The notes under the pieces are model-generated. The model was not told the DNA's origin. It made no database searches and worked only from the letters and a program-made list of their open reading frames with translations. Position numbers and translations under genes: made by a program. From an uncultured Pseudomonadales bacterium (GTDB lineage: Bacteria; Patescibacteriota; Microgenomatia; UBA1400; UBA1396), in the NCBI GenBank assembly GCA_964511175.1, contig CAZEEI010000002.1, forward strand, positions 2,063 to 66,062: a DNA stretch of 64,000 nucleotides. The letters are read 5' to 3'. Positions within the stretch are counted from its first letter, which is position 1, and each line of letters starts with the position of its first letter. This document shows positions 1 to 9,398 of this stretch, one piece after another.

Positions 1-732
1 GGCTGGATTCAACAAGCCTTGAGTCAAGGCGCGAGTCATAATCCACTGGTGGCGTAGTTCAAAAGCGAGTTGCGGTAGTAGGGTAATCCCCACCGCCACC
101 GCCGAACCTAGCCAGTCCCTGATCTGCCAGCGCTGCCGTAGCCAGGGTATCAAGAGAAATAAGACCGGAACAAAGAAAATAGCGTAGGCAAACTCAGCCT
201 GTAAAGCCAAAGCTAGCCAAAAGAACCCTAACCAGAGCCAAATTGAACGGCGGCGGGCTTGCCAAAAGGAAAGGAAGGCTAAAGTCATTAGCGGCAGAGT
301 CAGCATTGGATTCCAAACCATCGTACTGCCGGAGATACTGCCAGGCACCAGACTGAGTAAGTAGGCCGTCACCATAGCTAGACGACGAGAGCTGAACAAA
401 CGGTGGCTCAGATACCAAAACAACGGCAAAGCTAAACTGGCTAAACCGATATACCACAGACTAATCCCATACGGACTGCCATTACTTAAGACGTATCCTG
501 GTATGCCCACGTAGTACCAAAGTGGACCTAGGAAAAAGCCGGGTAAGCCACTGGTGGGGCCGGTCAGGACTAAGTCACCACCCACAATTTTAGCCAACAC
601 AAACGCATCCCGACCCTGATCCCAAGTAAAAAAGAGAAAATTACGGTAATTCCAAAAACGAGCCAGTAGGCCAATCAGCAAATAAAGGATAAATGCCCGG
701 TAATGCGACCACCATTTGCCAAGACGCAACAT
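1..732 (-). CDS. GT-C fold membrane glycosyltransferase (ArnT/PMT-like), N-terminal part; gene continues beyond window start
   Basis: Manual minus-strand translation from the ATG at 732: MLRLGKWWSHYRAFILYLLIGLLARFWNYRNFLFFTWDQGRDAFVLAKIVGGDLVLTGPTSGLPGFFLGPLWYY..., polytopic. It shares the DQGRD / GP(L/T)..G..FLGPL(W/Y)YY signature with the 20521..22107 protein, so it is a paralog. There is no stop codon in the window, which is why the ORF track omits it. Confidence 0.6.
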   Translation of the reverse strand, partial: MLRLGKWWSHYRAFILYLLIGLLARFWNYRNFLFFTWDQGRDAFVLAKIVGGDLVLTGPTSGLPGFFLGPLWYYVGIPGYVLSNGSPYGISLWYIGLASLALPLFWYLSHRLFSSRRLAMVTAYLLSLVPGSISGSTMVWNPMLTLPLMTLAFLSFWQARRRSIWLWLGFFWLALALQAEFAYAIFFVPVLFLLIPWLRQRWQIRDWLGSAVAVGITLLPQLAFELRHQWIMTRALTQGLLNPA

Positions 733-771
733 GAGCGCATTGTCCTTGTTTTTGTCAGCTAACACAAGTAT

Positions 772-2922
772 TTATTCGGCTAAACGAGCGATCGTATCCC
801 GCAGGCGCGCGGCCAATTCAAAGTTCCAGGCTTTTGCCGCCTGGTTCATGGCTCGTCCCAACTGCCGCGCCAGCCGCTGTTTGTCGGCTGGTGTCATGGC
901 GGCCGAATCTAAATCTTCTAGGTAAATCGATTCTTGTCGCGAGAGTTTGATTTCGGTTTTACCCTGACTGGATAACTTGGTTTTTTCCCAGCCGATTCCT
1001 GAATGACGTTCGCGTACGCCGAAACTGGTTTCCTGGTCAGTTCGTTTAATTAGTTGGGCTCGCACCGGCTTATTAATGGTTTGGGCGGTGATGTGGTGTT
1101 CCTGGTTAAACTGCAACTGGATTTGCCGGCGGCGCGCCGTCTCTTCCATAGCGGTTTGCATCGAGCCGGTAAGGCGGTCGGCATACAAGATTACCTGCCC
1201 CTCCACGTGGCGCGCCGCCCGCCCCATGGTCTGGATTAAAGCCGGCGCCGAACGCAGAAAACCTTCTTGATCGGCATCTAAAATAGCCACCAAGGTAACT
1301 TCCGGCAGATCAAGTCCTTCCCGCAGCAGGTTAACGCCAATGAGGACATCGTAAACACCGGTACGCAAATCGGTTAAGATTTCCGAACGGGCTAAAGTTT
1401 CCACGTCCGAGTGCAGATACTGAACCTTGGGCAAGGTATCGCTGGCGGTATAGCCGTGACTAATCAACAATTGGTTCATCTTATCTTGGTCGTTCAAAAA
1501 TTCGGTGAGGGTTTCGGCCATCTTTTTAGTTAGGGTAGTGACCAGGACGCGTTGGCCTTTGGCTTTGCGTAAAACAATTTCGTGCAGCAGATCCGGGATT
1601 TGGCCGGTGATGGGTCGCACTTCCACCGGCGGATCAACCAGGCCGGTCGGGCGGACAATTTGTTCCACCACATGATGATTAGCTAGGGAGATTTCGTACT
1701 CATTGGGAGTAGCGGAAACGTAAATGGCGCGGTCTAGTCTCCCCATAAATTCGGCAAATTGCAGCGGTCGGTTGTCCAGGGCGGCCGGCAGACGGAAGCC
1801 GTACTCAATCAAAGTTTCTTTACGCGAACGGTCACCAGCATACATCCCGCGCACTTGAGGCAGCGTCATGTGACTTTCATCAACCACAGTCAAAAACTTA
1901 CCGCCGCTAAACTTGCGGGCGTTAAATTGAAAGTAATCCAACAGAGTGTAAGGTGGTGCACCTGGTTGACGGCCATCAAAATAGCGTGAATAGTTTTCGA
2001 TGCCGTTAACGAAACCCATTTCCCGAATCATATCGATATCGTGCAGGGTGCGTTGTTCCAAACGGTAAGCCTCAATAATTTTGCCCTGACTTTTTAGCTG
2101 AACCACCCGCTGTTGAAGGTCGGCCTCAATTTGTTGCAGTGCCATATTTTGGTCGCGGCCAGCAATATTGTGTTTAGCCGGGTAAATGACGTAGCGGTAG
2201 TGAGGATAGAGACTGGCGGGATGAGGCTCGGTCCAACGGTCGCCAGTGGTCGGATCAATGGGTTCGATGGCCACAATTTCGTCGCCAGGTATAGTAATAT
2301 TCAAGGCCCAGGCTTCACTGGCTGGCCAAAGTTGGATCCGGTCGCCACGCAAGCGGAAGGTTCCTCGTTTAAGATCAGTGGTGGTGCGGGTGTACTGCAT
2401 ATCGGTTAACCGCCGCAGCAGAGTTTGACGCGGCAATAGTTCGCCCGGAATTAGTTCTAAGGCGTGTTGCGCAAAACCGGTCGGATCGCCTAAGTTATAG
2501 ATACACGACACCGACGCCACCACGATGCAGTCTGGCCGGGTCAATAAATTAGCGGTCGCCGCCAGCCGCAGTTTATCGATTTCGTCGTTAATTTGGGATT
2601 CCTTTTCGATATAAGTGTCACTGCTGACTAAGTAAGCTTCCGGTTGGTAATAGTCGTAGTAGGAAACAAAGTAGTTAACGGCGTTATCAGGGAAAAAATC
2701 ACGAAACTCCTGGTAAAGTTGGGCGGCCAGCGTTTTGTTGTGGGCGATTACAAGAGTGGGTAGCTGGGTATTTTGAATAACATTGGCAATGGTGAAAGTT
2801 TTACCCGAACCGGTCACTCCCAGCAGAACCTGATGCGGCTGGTCAGTCAGGTTTTGGGTAAGTGCGGCGATGGCTTGAGATTGGTCGCCAGCGGGCTGAT
2901 AAGGTGATTTTAGGGTAAACAT
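772..2922 (-). CDS. uvrB: Excinuclease ABC subunit B (UvrB)
   Basis: Has a Walker A motif (GVTGSGKTFT), helicase motifs and a C-terminal UvrB/UvrC interaction helix (ELAARLRDTIARLAE), at full UvrB length. The ORF track extends to 3063, but the conserved N-terminus begins at MFTLKSPYQPAGDQ (ATG at 2922). Confidence 0.93.
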   Translation of the reverse strand: MFTLKSPYQPAGDQSQAIAALTQNLTDQPHQVLLGVTGSGKTFTIANVIQNTQLPTLVIAHNKTLAAQLYQEFRDFFPDNAVNYFVSYYDYYQPEAYLVSSDTYIEKESQINDEIDKLRLAATANLLTRPDCIVVASVSCIYNLGDPTGFAQHALELIPGELLPRQTLLRRLTDMQYTRTTTDLKRGTFRLRGDRIQLWPASEAWALNITIPGDEIVAIEPIDPTTGDRWTEPHPASLYPHYRYVIYPAKHNIAGRDQNMALQQIEADLQQRVVQLKSQGKIIEAYRLEQRTLHDIDMIREMGFVNGIENYSRYFDGRQPGAPPYTLLDYFQFNARKFSGGKFLTVVDESHMTLPQVRGMYAGDRSRKETLIEYGFRLPAALDNRPLQFAEFMGRLDRAIYVSATPNEYEISLANHHVVEQIVRPTGLVDPPVEVRPITGQIPDLLHEIVLRKAKGQRVLVTTLTKKMAETLTEFLNDQDKMNQLLISHGYTASDTLPKVQYLHSDVETLARSEILTDLRTGVYDVLIGVNLLREGLDLPEVTLVAILDADQEGFLRSAPALIQTMGRAARHVEGQVILYADRLTGSMQTAMEETARRRQIQLQFNQEHHITAQTINKPVRAQLIKRTDQETSFGVRERHSGIGWEKTKLSSQGKTEIKLSRQESIYLEDLDSAAMTPADKQRLARQLGRAMNQAAKAWNFELAARLRDTIARLAE

Positions 2923-3012
2923 CGATCTGTTATTATACCGGAAAAATAAGGTTTTGCAGCTTTGCCAATTATGGGGAAGTAAGGGATTCATCAAAAGTCG
3001 ACTTTTTTGGTT

Positions 3013-3065
3013 TTGTACAAAATGAACCTCCAAGTTGTACAAAAATATAGTCAATTTGTACAAAA
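3013..3065. promoter_or_regulatory. Three direct copies of TTGTACAAAA spaced 21-22 bp apart in the uvrB upstream region; candidate SOS/LexA-type operator or promoter element
   Basis: TTGTACAAAA occurs at 3013-3022, 3034-3043 and 3056-3065. It contains the palindromic core TGTACA, lies about 90-140 bp upstream of the uvrB start, and lexA is the next gene. Confidence 0.3.
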
Positions 3066-3088
3066 TGCCGAAAAGCGGTTTTTGATAT

Positions 3089-3403
3089 ATGGTAGAAACA
3101 TATCAGGGCTTGACTAAAACGGAATATAGCCAGCAAACCAAGCGCTTTTCTTTTTCTGAAGTTAGTGCTAGGATTACGGGCTATATGAGTCAAACTGAAT
3201 CACGCGAAATGATTAAAATATTGTCCAAAAGTGTTTTTAATTGGGGTCCGGGATTAAGAACAACTTCTCTTCGAGATGGTCGCACCATTACGGTGCAAGA
3301 GCCGGAGGTGTTGCCTAAGGATGATGATCGGCTAGTTTTTCAGGTACTGTCCTTAATTTGCGACGCCTGTCCGTTATATGCCAGTCTCAGTTGCCGACCT
3401 TGA
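3089..3403 (+). CDS. Hypothetical protein (104 aa), divergent from uvrB
   Basis: Only a six-frame ORF in the 700-bp uvrB-lexA intergenic stretch; no recognisable motif. Confidence 0.2.
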   Translation: MVETYQGLTKTEYSQQTKRFSFSEVSARITGYMSQTESREMIKILSKSVFNWGPGLRTTSLRDGRTITVQEPEVLPKDDDRLVFQVLSLICDACPLYASLSCRP

Positions 3404-3762
3404 CTCGAACGTGTGCCTGGCTCGGGTCATGTGTCTAGCATTAATACGCGGGAAGCCAACAATCTCGGCTGTCACCTACACAATATTTTTGTTCCGCAAG
3501 CAGAATTGGTGGCATTGTCTCAGGGAGAAAGAATTGATGACGCTCTGGAAGCTGCAGTACATGGTCTTCCCAGCATGGTGAACCGCCGTAAAGAGCGGGG
3601 TTTGTTGCCAGCTAATAAGGCCGATCGGGCCTAATTGTTATTTCCGATCATCTCTGATCGACTTAGTTCCCTAAAGTGCGAGTTTACAGGTGGGGTTTCT
3701 TTTGGGTATCGTAGGGTTATTCGGGTAAGGTTCGCCGTAAAAAAGGCGGAAGGAGTAAAACT

Positions 3763-4383
3763 ATGGCCGTAACACTATATCGTCGGCAAAGGCAGATCGT
3801 TGACTTTATTGCGCAGTACATTCAACTTAACAATTATTCGCCGACTTTACAGGAAATTGCGGACGCCTTAGGTGTTTCTTCTTTAGCCACCGTGCACGAA
3901 CATTTGCAGGCTTTGGAGAAAAAAGGAGTGATCCGCCGGGCGGACGGCGCCATTCGCGGCATTGAGTTGCTAGACCGTACTTTCTTGAAAATTACCGAAG
4001 GGATCGATTTACCGATTTTGGGTTACGTGGCCGCCGGCCGCCCGATTGAACCCTACACTGATCCCAATGCTACTTTTAAGGTTTCACCCCAATTAATTTC
4101 CGGCAAACGCCGCGCCTATGTTTTGCAGGTCAAGGGTGATTCGATGATTGAAGATGGTATTTTGGAAAACGATTACGTAGTCATTGAGGAACGAGAAGAT
4201 GTACGCGATGGTGACATCGTGGTGGCTCTCCTCGACAATGGTTTGGCCACCCTTAAGCGTTTCTTTAAAGAAGCAACACGGATCCGTTTGGAGCCAGCTA
4301 ACTCCCGCATGCAGCCAATCTTTGCCACCAATGTTAAGATTCAAGGTCAATGTGTGGGACTAATCCGGAAGTTTGCTAATTGA
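3763..4383 (+). CDS. lexA: LexA repressor (S24 peptidase family)
   Basis: N-terminal winged HTH and a C-terminal S24 autopeptidase domain with the KGDSM serine motif and a downstream lysine (ALLDNGLATLKRF). A GGAGG ribosome-binding site precedes the ATG. Confidence 0.9.
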   Translation: MAVTLYRRQRQIVDFIAQYIQLNNYSPTLQEIADALGVSSLATVHEHLQALEKKGVIRRADGAIRGIELLDRTFLKITEGIDLPILGYVAAGRPIEPYTDPNATFKVSPQLISGKRRAYVLQVKGDSMIEDGILENDYVVIEEREDVRDGDIVVALLDNGLATLKRFFKEATRIRLEPANSRMQPIFATNVKIQGQCVGLIRKFAN

Positions 4384-5253
4384 GTGCAGTTTTAATTTTT
4401 TTAACCAAGTTAATTGCCGTTTAGCGTACTGTCTTTCTTGCTGAAACCAAAGTTCCTTGGCTTTAACCAGCGATATTTCTTGATTCAAATAACGGCATAA
4501 GAATTGGTAGCCAGTAGCGGAAAAGGCAGGCGTATTCCAATGGGGATAAGCAGTTATCAAGCGCTGGGTTTCCTCGAGTACACCCCGTTCGAGGCGCTGA
4601 TCAATGCGTTGCCTTAGGTTGGCCTCCAACTGGCTAGGTTCAACCGAATGCAAAATAAGTGAGTACTCATCTGGTTGGAAGAGTGGCGCAGGAACATTAA
4701 TCGGTTGATTAGCCGTTTCAATGGCGCGGATCAGCCGACGAGGATTATGTCGATCCGAATCATTTAATCTCGTGAATTTTTCGGGATTGAGTTGCTTTAA
4801 TTGGATTTGTAAAGAGGCTACATCCAGTAAGGCTAATTCTTGGCGTAACTTTTGATTAACTGGTTGGTAAAGAGTGGCCGGCGGGTCGATTAATACTTGG
4901 GCGTAAGGCCAAGCGCCACCAACCAGCACTAAGGGGTGCTGTTGATGACGGTGCTGTTCGATAATCGGCCGCGCCCAATCGTAGTAGTGACGGATCGAAA
5001 AAGCTTTATCCGGGTTAATGATATTCAGGCCGTAGAGGGCAGGCGCGGCCTTATTGGTTGGCGAACGCCAAACACCAGCCTGGTCTTGCTGGTAACTAGG
5101 AGGGATATCCTGACCGGTGCCAATGGCCATCCCGCGGTAAATTTGGCGCGAATCAAAAGATAGTATGTCCGCCTGTTTCTCCCGCGCTAAAACCAAAGCG
5201 CGGGTGGTTTTGCCGGTAGCTGTGGGGCCAAAAATGATCCAAGTGTGCCACAT
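4360..5253 (-). CDS. miaA: tRNA dimethylallyltransferase (MiaA)
   Basis: P-loop GPTATGKT near the N-terminus and the MiaA-typical ILSFDSRQIYRGMAIGTGQ region. Its 3' end overlaps the 3' end of lexA convergently by 24 bp. Confidence 0.9.
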   Translation of the reverse strand: MWHTWIIFGPTATGKTTRALVLAREKQADILSFDSRQIYRGMAIGTGQDIPPSYQQDQAGVWRSPTNKAAPALYGLNIINPDKAFSIRHYYDWARPIIEQHRHQQHPLVLVGGAWPYAQVLIDPPATLYQPVNQKLRQELALLDVASLQIQLKQLNPEKFTRLNDSDRHNPRRLIRAIETANQPINVPAPLFQPDEYSLILHSVEPSQLEANLRQRIDQRLERGVLEETQRLITAYPHWNTPAFSATGYQFLCRYLNQEISLVKAKELWFQQERQYAKRQLTWLKKLKLHSISKLPD

Positions 5254-5262
5254 AACTTTTTA

Positions 5263-5934
5263 TTATACGGTGATAGCGTAGCCCAAACCGTAAATGGCAC
5301 TTAATCTGACATTCAAAAAGGTTAATTTGCGGCGTAGACGGCGGATGGAAACGTGGATTACGGTGCTGGTTGGTTCAATGCCCAGCCGCCAATAAAATGA
5401 CTGTATTTTTTCGTGCGAGGCATGACCATAACTGGAAAAGAAGAGATGGAGTAACTGCACCTCGCGCTGACTCAAATGAATCGTTTGTTGATCGCGGCAA
5501 AGAAACCGGTCAGCTTCATTTAACTTAAGACCGTTAAATACTATTTCATCACCACTGCGCCAAATACCGCGTCGTAGCAAAGCTTCCACGTGCGCGGCCA
5601 CTTCATGGGGATGTACTGGTTTAGGCAAGTAGGCATCGGCGCCGCTTTGCAAACCGCGTAATTTTTCCGCCAATGTATCTTTATGACTGGTAACGCAAAC
5701 TTTAGTTTCTGGTGTTTCGCGGCGAATAAAAGATAATAGTTCTAAGCCATCGCCATCTGGTAAGACCCGGTCAAGAATAATGACGTCGTAGGGTGCACGA
5801 CTTTCCGCTAAATGATTATAGGCACCAGCCAGAGTTGCGACTTGGTCAACCCGGTAATGGTGACGTAGAGAACGGGCCAAAGCGGTATTGAGTCGACTGT
5901 CATCTTCCACCAATAATAACCGCCCCGTACGCAT
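5263..5934 (-). CDS. OmpR-family response regulator (receiver + winged-helix), no adjacent histidine kinase
   Basis: Receiver domain (LLLVEDD...ILDRVLPDGDGLEL...LPKP) and a C-terminal winged-helix trans_reg_C domain. The likely start is MRTGRLLLVEDD, so the ORF-track N-terminal extension is probably spurious. Confidence 0.85.
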   Translation of the reverse strand: MRTGRLLLVEDDSRLNTALARSLRHHYRVDQVATLAGAYNHLAESRAPYDVIILDRVLPDGDGLELLSFIRRETPETKVCVTSHKDTLAEKLRGLQSGADAYLPKPVHPHEVAAHVEALLRRGIWRSGDEIVFNGLKLNEADRFLCRDQQTIHLSQREVQLLHLFFSSYGHASHEKIQSFYWRLGIEPTSTVIHVSIRRLRRKLTFLNVRLSAIYGLGYAITV

Positions 5935-5968
5935 AGTATGGATTATAAACCGAAAAATTACCGAATAG

Positions 5969-6223
5969 TTACCATTTGATCGGTAGTACCATTTCACCAT
6001 TGCGGTGCAACTGCAGATCTTCGCGGGCGCGCTTTTCTAAAGTAAAACTAGATGTAGCCGTGTGCACTTCTTCCGCAAGTTGATCTGCTTCCGATTCTAG
6101 TTGTTCAACCCGCTGTTGTTGCTGACTCAATTGCTGTCGTGACTGATAAGAAAGCCAGAGGGTACGGGTCAAAGAAGCGGCCAGAGCCGTAACGACTAGG
6201 AAAGAACCAATCTTGAGCCACAT
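5969..6223 (-). CDS. FtsB/DivIC-like septum formation initiator (TM + coiled coil)
   Basis: 84 aa with one N-terminal TM helix followed by a Q/E-rich coiled coil (QQQQRVEQLESEADQLAEEV), which is the architecture of FtsB/DivIC. Confidence 0.5.
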   Translation of the reverse strand: MWLKIGSFLVVTALAASLTRTLWLSYQSRQQLSQQQQRVEQLESEADQLAEEVHTATSSFTLEKRAREDLQLHRNGEMVLPIKW

Positions 6224-6255
6224 AATTTTATTATAAGGTATAATACAACCCTAAC

Positions 6256-7116
6256 ATGTCATGGTCAGAATGCCAAACTAATTACCACGCTTGGTTGCGA
6301 GGTAAAGGAAAAGCCCAAGCCACGGTTATTGCTTACCAAAAGGATGTAGAGCAGTTCGTGGAGTATTTGTCGCGCCTGGGAAAATTAGAACCAACCCAGG
6401 TAGTGATGGAGGATTTTCAGAATTACCAACAGGAATTAACTACCCTGCGTTATACCGATAAATCTATTTCGCGCAAGCTTAATTCGCTAAAATCATTATT
6501 CCGTTATTTACAGGAAGCCGGTCTGGTTGCCGCCAACCCCATGCAGAAAATAAATCATCCTAAATATGAAGTATCTCTGCCACGCGTGCTCAGCCGCCTA
6601 GAGTACCGCGCCTTGCGGGATAGTTGTAAAAGCGATGTGCGGATGAGCACGATTATTGAGTTGTTACTGCAAACCGGCATTCGCATCAGTGAGTTGGCCG
6701 CTTTGCGGGCTGAAGATATTAGTTTAACTAAGAAAGAACTTTACATTGTCGCTCAAAACTCCCACGATTCGCGGGTGGTGCCACTCAACAAAGCTGCTGT
6801 CCAGGCAATTAATGCCTACAGCCAAGTGCGTCCCCGCACTGCGGAGCGCGCCTTTTTCTTGACGAAGAGTTGCCGGCCGTTTTTAGTGCGTAATATTCGC
6901 AGTGCCGTTGATCGCTACTTCCGTCTAGCTGGCGTTAAAGATGCAAAAATCAATGATTTACGTCATACTTTCATTGTCGAACAATTATTGGCCGGTACGC
7001 CTCTAACGACGGTGAGCCAAATTGTCGGGCACAAGCGTTTGTCGACTACCGAGCGATATTTACAGCTGATTGATTTGAAAACGATTGCCACGCCAATCGC
7101 CATTCGTGAACTTTAA
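6256..7116 (+). CDS. Tyrosine site-specific recombinase, XerC/XerD-like
   Basis: N-terminal SAM-like domain and a C-terminal catalytic domain with R...HxxR...Y (RHTF...GHKRLSTTERYLQL). 286 aa, typical Xer size. Confidence 0.85.
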   Translation: MSWSECQTNYHAWLRGKGKAQATVIAYQKDVEQFVEYLSRLGKLEPTQVVMEDFQNYQQELTTLRYTDKSISRKLNSLKSLFRYLQEAGLVAANPMQKINHPKYEVSLPRVLSRLEYRALRDSCKSDVRMSTIIELLLQTGIRISELAALRAEDISLTKKELYIVAQNSHDSRVVPLNKAAVQAINAYSQVRPRTAERAFFLTKSCRPFLVRNIRSAVDRYFRLAGVKDAKINDLRHTFIVEQLLAGTPLTTVSQIVGHKRLSTTERYLQLIDLKTIATPIAIREL

Positions 7117-7133
7117 AAAAGGCCTTAAAATTT

Positions 7134-7481
7134 ATGAAATCATTGATTGAATTTACTGATTGGCAAAAGTTAGATATACGTTTGGGTTCAATATTGGCGG
7201 CCAGTAATCCGGAGTGGTCAAATAAGCTGATTGAATTGCGCGTTGATTTTGGCGAGGCAGGCGAGCGTACTATTTTTACCGGTCTGCGCGCCTGGTATGA
7301 GCCGGAGTTTTTAGTTGGCAAACAAGCCCTGTTCATTATCAATTTGCCGCCCCGCCCCATGGGACCAAGCGTTAGTGAGGGTATGTTGCTTTCGCTGGAT
7401 ACCAAGTCTGCTGATGGCAATTTGCGCCCCACTGTGTTATGGTTGGAAAACTTGGCACCGGCCGGTACACCGGTAGTTTGA
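7134..7481 (+). CDS. tRNA-binding domain protein (CsaA/Trbp111/EMAP-II-like OB fold)
   Basis: LDIRLGSILAA ... FTGLRAWYEPEFLVGKQALFIINLPPRPMGPSVSEGMLLS matches the MetRS C-terminal / CsaA tRNA-binding fold. Confidence 0.7.
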   Translation: MKSLIEFTDWQKLDIRLGSILAASNPEWSNKLIELRVDFGEAGERTIFTGLRAWYEPEFLVGKQALFIINLPPRPMGPSVSEGMLLSLDTKSADGNLRPTVLWLENLAPAGTPVV

Positions 7482-7490
7482 GTATTTTTT

Positions 7491-9398
7491 ATGGCTGCAA
7501 AAGATAAAAACCAGAAACAGGATAAACCGGTGCGTCTACCGCAGCGGCGGGTGGAGCTGCAGATGACTTTCAATCCGCGCCGCAGCCTGATCTGGTTAAT
7601 AGTTTTACTGTTGTTTTTACCATTTTTAGTTAGTGTCTTTTTGGGATCAAAAGATAATAAAGTGCCGCTTTCAGCACTATTGGCCGACGTGCGCTCGGAA
7701 CAAATTCGAAAAGTAACAATTGAGAGTGACGATATCCAAATTGAGTATCGCGATGGTACCCGCAAAGTTTCTCACAAGGAAAGTAATCAGGATTTTGTTT
7801 CCTTATTAAGCGGAGTAGGGGTTGATCCCACTGCTGTTGAGATCGAAGTAAAGGGAATGACCGCTGCTAGTTTATTCTGGGAGTTTGTCATCAATTTTCT
7901 GCCGCTAGTTTTGATGGTCGCTTTCTTTTTCTTCCTTTTCCGCCAGGCGCGGGGGGCGCAGGGTGATATCATGGGTTTTGGCAAGAGCAAGGCTAAGTTT
8001 TTTATCAAAGGTAAGCAGGATGTTAAGTTTGCTGATGTGGGCGGCATGCGTGAGGCCAAGCAAGAGTTAGAGGAAGTAGTTGATTTTCTGCGTAATCCTA
8101 AGAAGTACCAAAAAGTGGGTGCACGAACACCTAAAGGCGCTCTGTTAATTGGTCCCTCCGGTACAGGTAAAACTTTATTAGCGCGCGCCGTCGCCGGTGA
8201 GGCGGGCGTGCCCTTTTTGTCGATTGCTGGTTCCGAATTTATGGAAATGTTGGTCGGAGTCGGCGCGGCGCGCGCCCGCGATTTATTCCAAACCGCTAAA
8301 AAAATGTCACCTTCGATTATCTTTATCGATGAAATCGATGCCATTGGCCGCATGCGTGGTCACGCCAATGGTGCTGGTGGTCACGACGAACGCGAACAAA
8401 CTCTTAACCAGATTTTAGTGGAAATGGATGGTTTTGCCCCCAATGATAATGTAATTGTTTTAGCAGCCACCAACCGCGGTGATTTACTCGATCCGGCTCT
8501 TACCCGCCCGGGGCGCTTTGACCGCCGGGTTACCGTGACTTTGCCGGATATTGAAGAGCGCAAGAAAGTGCTGGCGATTCACGCCCAAAATAAACCTTTT
8601 GTAGTCGGGGTGAACTGGGATTTGATTGCCAAGCGAACCGTCGGTTTTTCTGGCGCCGATCTGGAGAACATGTTGAATGAGGCGGCAATCTTGATTGCGC
8701 GGGAGGGTCGTGACCAAATTAACGCTAAGGATTTAGAAGAAGCGGCTCTGAAGGTAAAACTAGGTCCTTCCAAAAAGCGTCTGCAAAACGATTACGAACG
8801 CCGCATGACGGCTTACCATGAAGTTGGTCACGCTTTGGTGGCTCATTTTCTGCCCCACGCGGATCGGGTACACCGTATCTCTATTGTATCGCGCGGTCAG
8901 GCCTTAGGTTTTACCTTAACGCCACCCGAGGGTGACAAATATCAAGAAACCCGTTCGGAGTTTATGGCCGAGCTGTCAGTTTTGTTAGGTGGTCGCGAGG
9001 CAGAAGAACAGTTTTTTGGCGAACTTACCGGCGGCGCTGCCAGTGATATTAAGAAAGTTACCATGATTGCCCGAGCCATGGTGGTAGATTATGGGATGAG
9101 TCCTTTAGGTCCACTAAATTTTGGTCCCCAGTACGATTTAGATGATTATGGCCGAGCGGCTTTTGAGCCATACCAAATTTCCGACCAGCTGCGGGCGTCG
9201 GTGGATGCGGAAATGGCACGTTTGGTCAATGAGGCCGAACAAGTGACACGTCAGTTAATCAAAAAACATGCTAAGTTGGTGCACCGTGTTGTGGAACGAT
9301 TGTTAGCGGTAGAAACTTTGGAAGCCGAAGAGTTTGAAACCCTAATGGGTGTTCTTAAAGCCAAGCCGAAGGAAAACGGCCGTGACCACACTAATTGA
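7491..9398 (+). CDS. ftsH: ATP-dependent zinc metalloprotease FtsH
   Basis: N-terminal TM segments, AAA+ Walker A ([22 protein letters not shown]), second region of homology, and the zinc site HEVGHAL. Confidence 0.95.
   Translation: MAAKDKNQKQDKPVRLPQRRVELQMTFNPRRSLIWLIVLLLFLPFLVSVFLGSKDNKVPLSALLADVRSEQIRKVTIESDDIQIEYRDGTRKVSHKESNQDFVSLLSGVGVDPTAVEIEVKGMTAASLFWEFVINFLPLVLMVAFFFFLFRQARGAQGDIMGFGKSKAKFFIKGKQDVKFADVGGMREAKQELEEVVDFLRNPKKYQKVGARTPKGALLIGPSGTGKTLLARAVAGEAGVPFLSIAGSEFMEMLVGVGAARARDLFQTAKKMSPSIIFIDEIDAIGRMRGHANGAGGHDEREQTLNQILVEMDGFAPNDNVIVLAATNRGDLLDPALTRPGRFDRRVTVTLPDIEERKKVLAIHAQNKPFVVGVNWDLIAKRTVGFSGADLENMLNEAAILIAREGRDQINAKDLEEAALKVKLGPSKKRLQNDYERRMTAYHEVGHALVAHFLPHADRVHRISIVSRGQALGFTLTPPEGDKYQETRSEFMAELSVLLGGREAEEQFFGELTGGAASDIKKVTMIARAMVVDYGMSPLGPLNFGPQYDLDDYGRAAFEPYQISDQLRASVDAEMARLVNEAEQVTRQLIKKHAKLVHRVVERLLAVETLEAEEFETLMGVLKAKPKENGRDHTN

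Noticed and set aside
716-925. 69-aa plus-strand ORF, and many similar 60-130-aa ORFs elsewhere in the window
   Set aside because: They lie antisense to or out of frame within long, well-supported genes (uvrB, ftsH, the giant protein, clpB, glyA, gatA/B and others), have no ribosome-binding site or motif, and are taken as spurious. Examples: 1054..1270, 2113..2428, 7787..8773, 12192..12626, 13395..13739, 14605..14984, 50299..50560, 50776..51783, 55034..55871, 58093..58995.
2923-3063. N-terminal 47-aa extension of the uvrB ORF
   Set aside because: The conserved UvrB N-terminus starts at MFTLKSPYQ (ATG 2922). The extension would read through the TTGTACAAAA promoter repeats.
5934-6000. N-terminal 22-aa extension of the response regulator ORF (MVKWYYRSNGNYSVIFRFIIHT)
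   Set aside because: The receiver domain begins at MRTGRLLLVEDD. The extension overlaps the FtsB-like gene and is not conserved-looking.
6256-7116. Tyrosine recombinase as a mobile-element integrase
   Set aside because: It is flanked by core genes (ftsB-like, CsaA-like, ftsH) with no composition shift, att-like repeats or cargo. A chromosomal XerC/XerD dimer-resolution recombinase fits better.
7046-7765. 239-aa minus-strand ORF spanning the xer/csaA/ftsH junction
   Set aside because: It overlaps three well-supported plus-strand genes antisense, and its composition (S/R/K-rich) is typical of an antisense frame artefact.
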